Source: Neoechinorhynchus agilis
Taxonomy: Eukaryota > Animalia > Acanthocephala
Direction of reading: 5' to 3'
NCBI GenBank assembly: GCA_051530055.1
Contig: CM121342.1
Location: forward strand, 7,696,691 to 7,760,690
Length of the DNA stretch: 64,000 nucleotides
A program made the position numbers and the translations under genes. This document shows positions 61,029 to 64,000 of this stretch, in pieces; the stretch's first letter is position 1; every line of letters begins with the position of its first letter. The notes beneath the pieces are model-generated. The model had not been told where the DNA came from, ran no database searches, and saw only the letters and a program-made list of their open reading frames with translations.

Positions 61029-61526
61029 TGAATAGTCGTGGTGAAGAAACCAATAGGAGAAAAGGAAAAAGATTGAACCAACGATTGCGAAAACTGCGGC
61101 GTGTCCGATTTTCGAAGCTTAGTTCCCAAAAAGCTCCTTTTTATGTAATTAACAGTTTATAATTACCTGAATTATTAACAACAAACGTTGCAAACTCAAC
61201 GAATGAAGGCAACAAAACTCACAAGGAAAAATGCACAACGCGATCGCGACTGTCTAAATTTTTTCAACGTTTCAGATAAGCGAAAATACAGAGAACTCTT
61301 GTCAAGAAAAGAGTTTGCCATTGCTGATGATCTCTGCTCTGATGCCAGAGAAATTCTTCGGAAATACAACATTTTTATGGTGAGTATTTTCATATGTGTT
61401 TATTATTTTAAGAACTTGGAGATTAAGACTTCAAGTTTCCTTGAAGCGAAGTTTTTGAGTGAACGGTGGAGGGATGTCCTGAAGGTCGAATCTGGAGCTT
61501 TGAATTATATTTTTGATGCAAAATAG
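61029..61526 (+). CDS. Second copy of the small basic protein
   Basis: Paralog of 57061-57570 with a different C-terminus. Confidence 0.4.
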
Positions 61527-61904
61527 TTGGAATAATCGTAGTTTTTCAGTCGATTCGCTGGCAAGCGAAGAATAATGTTTCGTACTTTTTTCCGAAGAGT
61601 TTTAAGTTGAAGAAGCGAAACACAACTCGGGCAGTGATTCTGCGCTCACAACAATTCCCAGCGGCAAGTGACTTTGTGTCAAATACTCATTTCCCCTCAT
61701 CTCACTTGCAGCATTTATGGGAAGCATAAAAACACGTTTTGTTTGCTTAAAATTTGTCCTTCAGCCTTATCTTGAATGAAAAAATAATTAACATTCTGAA
61801 TACGGCACCACAAATTTTATGGAGAAAAACTAAAAGCGCTCTCAACTTTATGATAGAATTTTATTTTCAAATCCAACCAAAAGTAAAAACTTTTTGTTCC
61901 ATTT

Positions 61905-63590
61905 AAGCCGCTTGACATTCAAAGATCCTGTTCTCGATGTTCTATGGCATATTCTCTTGACGATTTTCAGGATCTTTTGCCTAACTGCACTGTTCTCCGG
62001 ATCCAAGAATACCGTAGATTGCGGAAGATAAGAACAGCGATCCAGAATAGACCATTAAAACTGTCTTCCATTTTGAGGCTACATTTCGTGTTTCTGAACC
62101 GACTATTGCCGAGGGAAGTGTTGGTGAAATGAAACCCGCGATGGCCGACATTGTATTTCCGATTCCGTATATTATTGCGGAATAATTGCCTCCAATATCT
62201 GACACTGCAACAAAGTAGCCTCCTGCGAATGCCATAGAACTAAATAAACGAACGATAAGTTAAAGTAAAGATGGCAAAGATTTACATGAAGAATCCACAG
62301 AAGAGAAACAATACGACGGCTACGATTCTCCGTTCTGGCGGAACAAACGCAATCATCAGCATTGACAATCCGACAAGTAGAGAACCTGTTAAAAAATCAA
62401 TAAGCAAATGAATAAACGTTGTTTAACTAATCTCCTGATTACAATTACAGTTTGTTCTGGGAAAGGACGCGGCCATTGATCAATTTGTCCGCGAAGTATC
62501 CACAAGGATACTCCTGATTGTGCAAACAACATGGGGGAGGGCGGAATATAGGCCCATTTCCGAATAACTGTACTTGAGAGCACCTTAAGTATTGTGGAAC
62601 GACCGTGTACGTGGCGTAGAGTCCGAAATCGTAAAACATCATCGTTAGGCACAATCCCCACACCTCTTTTGATTGAGCGATAGCTTTCCAGGGGATTGCA
62701 TTGGACGCTGGCGTTGTATGGACCACGTTGCTTTCAATATAATTCAGTTCATGTTTGTTTATCCTTCTGCAGTTCTGCGGTGACCGCGAACCATATAGCA
62801 TCCATAAAAGAAGCCAAACCAGTCCAATGAATCCTAGATTATTACTTTTTTATACATAATTATTAGCTAGAATTACTTACCAAGAAGATAAAAAAAGAGT
62901 GCCCATCCACTAATGTAATATATGATCGTGTTGTTGATTTTGCAGAAAATGCCGCCCAAGTAGAGAGATACGACTGTTCCCATGGCCTTGCTTGCTCCAA
63001 CGAGGCCCATGTGGGTCGATCTTTCTTTAGGTGGAAACCAAGCGGCTGCTACACTGTACAGCGAAGGCCACGCAAGCGCTTGGCCAATTCCAGCCACAAT
63101 GCGGGATGCCACCATTGTGCCGACGCCTTTGTTGGCGGCAAAGGGACAAATCAGGGTCGAAATTGTTGACATTGTCAAAGATATGGACAGTGTTCTATGG
63201 GCATCAGTCCTGGCAACGACATAGCCGCCAACGAATTGAACGAGCGCGTATCCAATGTAGAAGGATCCCAGAATTATGCCGGTTCGGGTTTTCCAATCAT
63301 AATAACCGTTTCCCTGTTATTCAAAAGTCGAAAAATTGATAATAGAAGAAAACCGAATTTACCTTATCGTCCTTCACCATCCCAGTTATTGCTGAACTCA
63401 GTCCGTTTATTTGAGCGTAGCAGGAGAATATTGCGAAGCTAAGTAGAACTGTTATTCTTAACCGATATGAGTTAAGAAATAAAACTTAAGGAATTATTGA
63501 TTTGGTATTAATAAGCAATAAAATACGTACTCCATTTTGGCCTCGAAACTTCAATTTGATCGAGCTCCAGTTCGAGCTTTGATTCAGTGT
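61905..63590 (-). pseudogene. SLC17-family transporter, copy 3; indels and altered 5' end
   Basis: Paralog of copies 1 and 2; frameshifts near 61945 and 62430-62590. Confidence 0.8.
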
Positions 63591-64000
63591 TCTGGCTTGT
63601 CTCCCGCCGAAAGTTTAACTACAGAGAAATTGCCAAGATTGTCTGCAGTGGCTGGAACTTCATTCACCCTGAGAGATACGCAACTGGCGTCGAATCGTTT
63701 TTCAATCTGTGTACGAACACAGTCAACAAAATCCATCTATATTTGTCAATAAAAATGCCAGTAAACAAATAATCGGCCGATATTTTTGTTGGTGTCTATG
63801 AGATCGCATAAAGAAATCGTGGATTAGTATCTTCGGTTGTTATTAGCAAACATAACTATAACAATTTTCTATTCGATAATCAAAGTAAATGGATTTTTTA
63901 TAATTTTTATTCTGAGTTTTAGCCTATAATCCCCGCCAGGCCAAAGAATTTCGAAAGCATCTATCCAGGGAGGCCCAAATAGACTATACTTTCCGTTTCG

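Larger units (their letters stand above)
53515..63905. repeat. Tandem segmental duplication with a ~3.97-kb unit, ~2.6 copies (starts ~53515, ~57608, ~61577)
   Basis: GAAGAGTTTTAAGTTGAAGAAGCG and all downstream sequence recur with a ~3970-4090 period; homology ends near 63905. Confidence 0.95.

Noticed and set aside
1271-63772. Many short antisense or overlapping ORFs in the supplied track (e.g. 1271-1573, 7703-8056, 42839-43294, 55100-55408)
   Set aside because: They are shadows of real genes, palindromes or repeats with no independent coding evidence.
1-64000. Stop-codon reassignment to explain scattered in-frame stops
   Set aside because: DDX23, the LRR, Tudor and CRE ORFs are fully open in the standard code and end at ordinary stops; the interrupted frames are in introns or decayed elements.

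Overview
AT-rich animal genomic DNA of unidentified species, with many introns of about 30-50 nt. There are no rRNA, tRNA or CRISPR features. Conserved genes are DDX23/PRP28 (5' part), KPTN and ACTR6/ARP6. The accessory content is an intronless 642-aa LRR gene family (two intact copies plus broken ones), three single-Tudor-domain genes, a divergent homeobox ORF and a ~4-kb triplication carrying an SLC17 transporter. Repeats include a 204-bp higher-order satellite (about 21 units plus a 3-unit outlier), several Penelope-like elements with hammerhead ribozymes, and CRE/RLE, RTE, other LINE and TRIM-like LTR relics. The main finding is a complex rearrangement readable from the sequence. ARP6 is split in two and the halves are in reversed order 33 kb apart: the 3' half starts at ~15,505 and the 5' half ends at ~48,803. 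The LRR gene truncated at 48,803 has its missing 3' end at 24,591-24,940, and rejoining the two gives exactly 1,929 bp, the length of both intact paralogs. Several junctions carry short templated fillers. This fits a circular-intermediate or template-switching rearrangement. An assembly artefact or programmed rearrangement cannot be excluded without reads.
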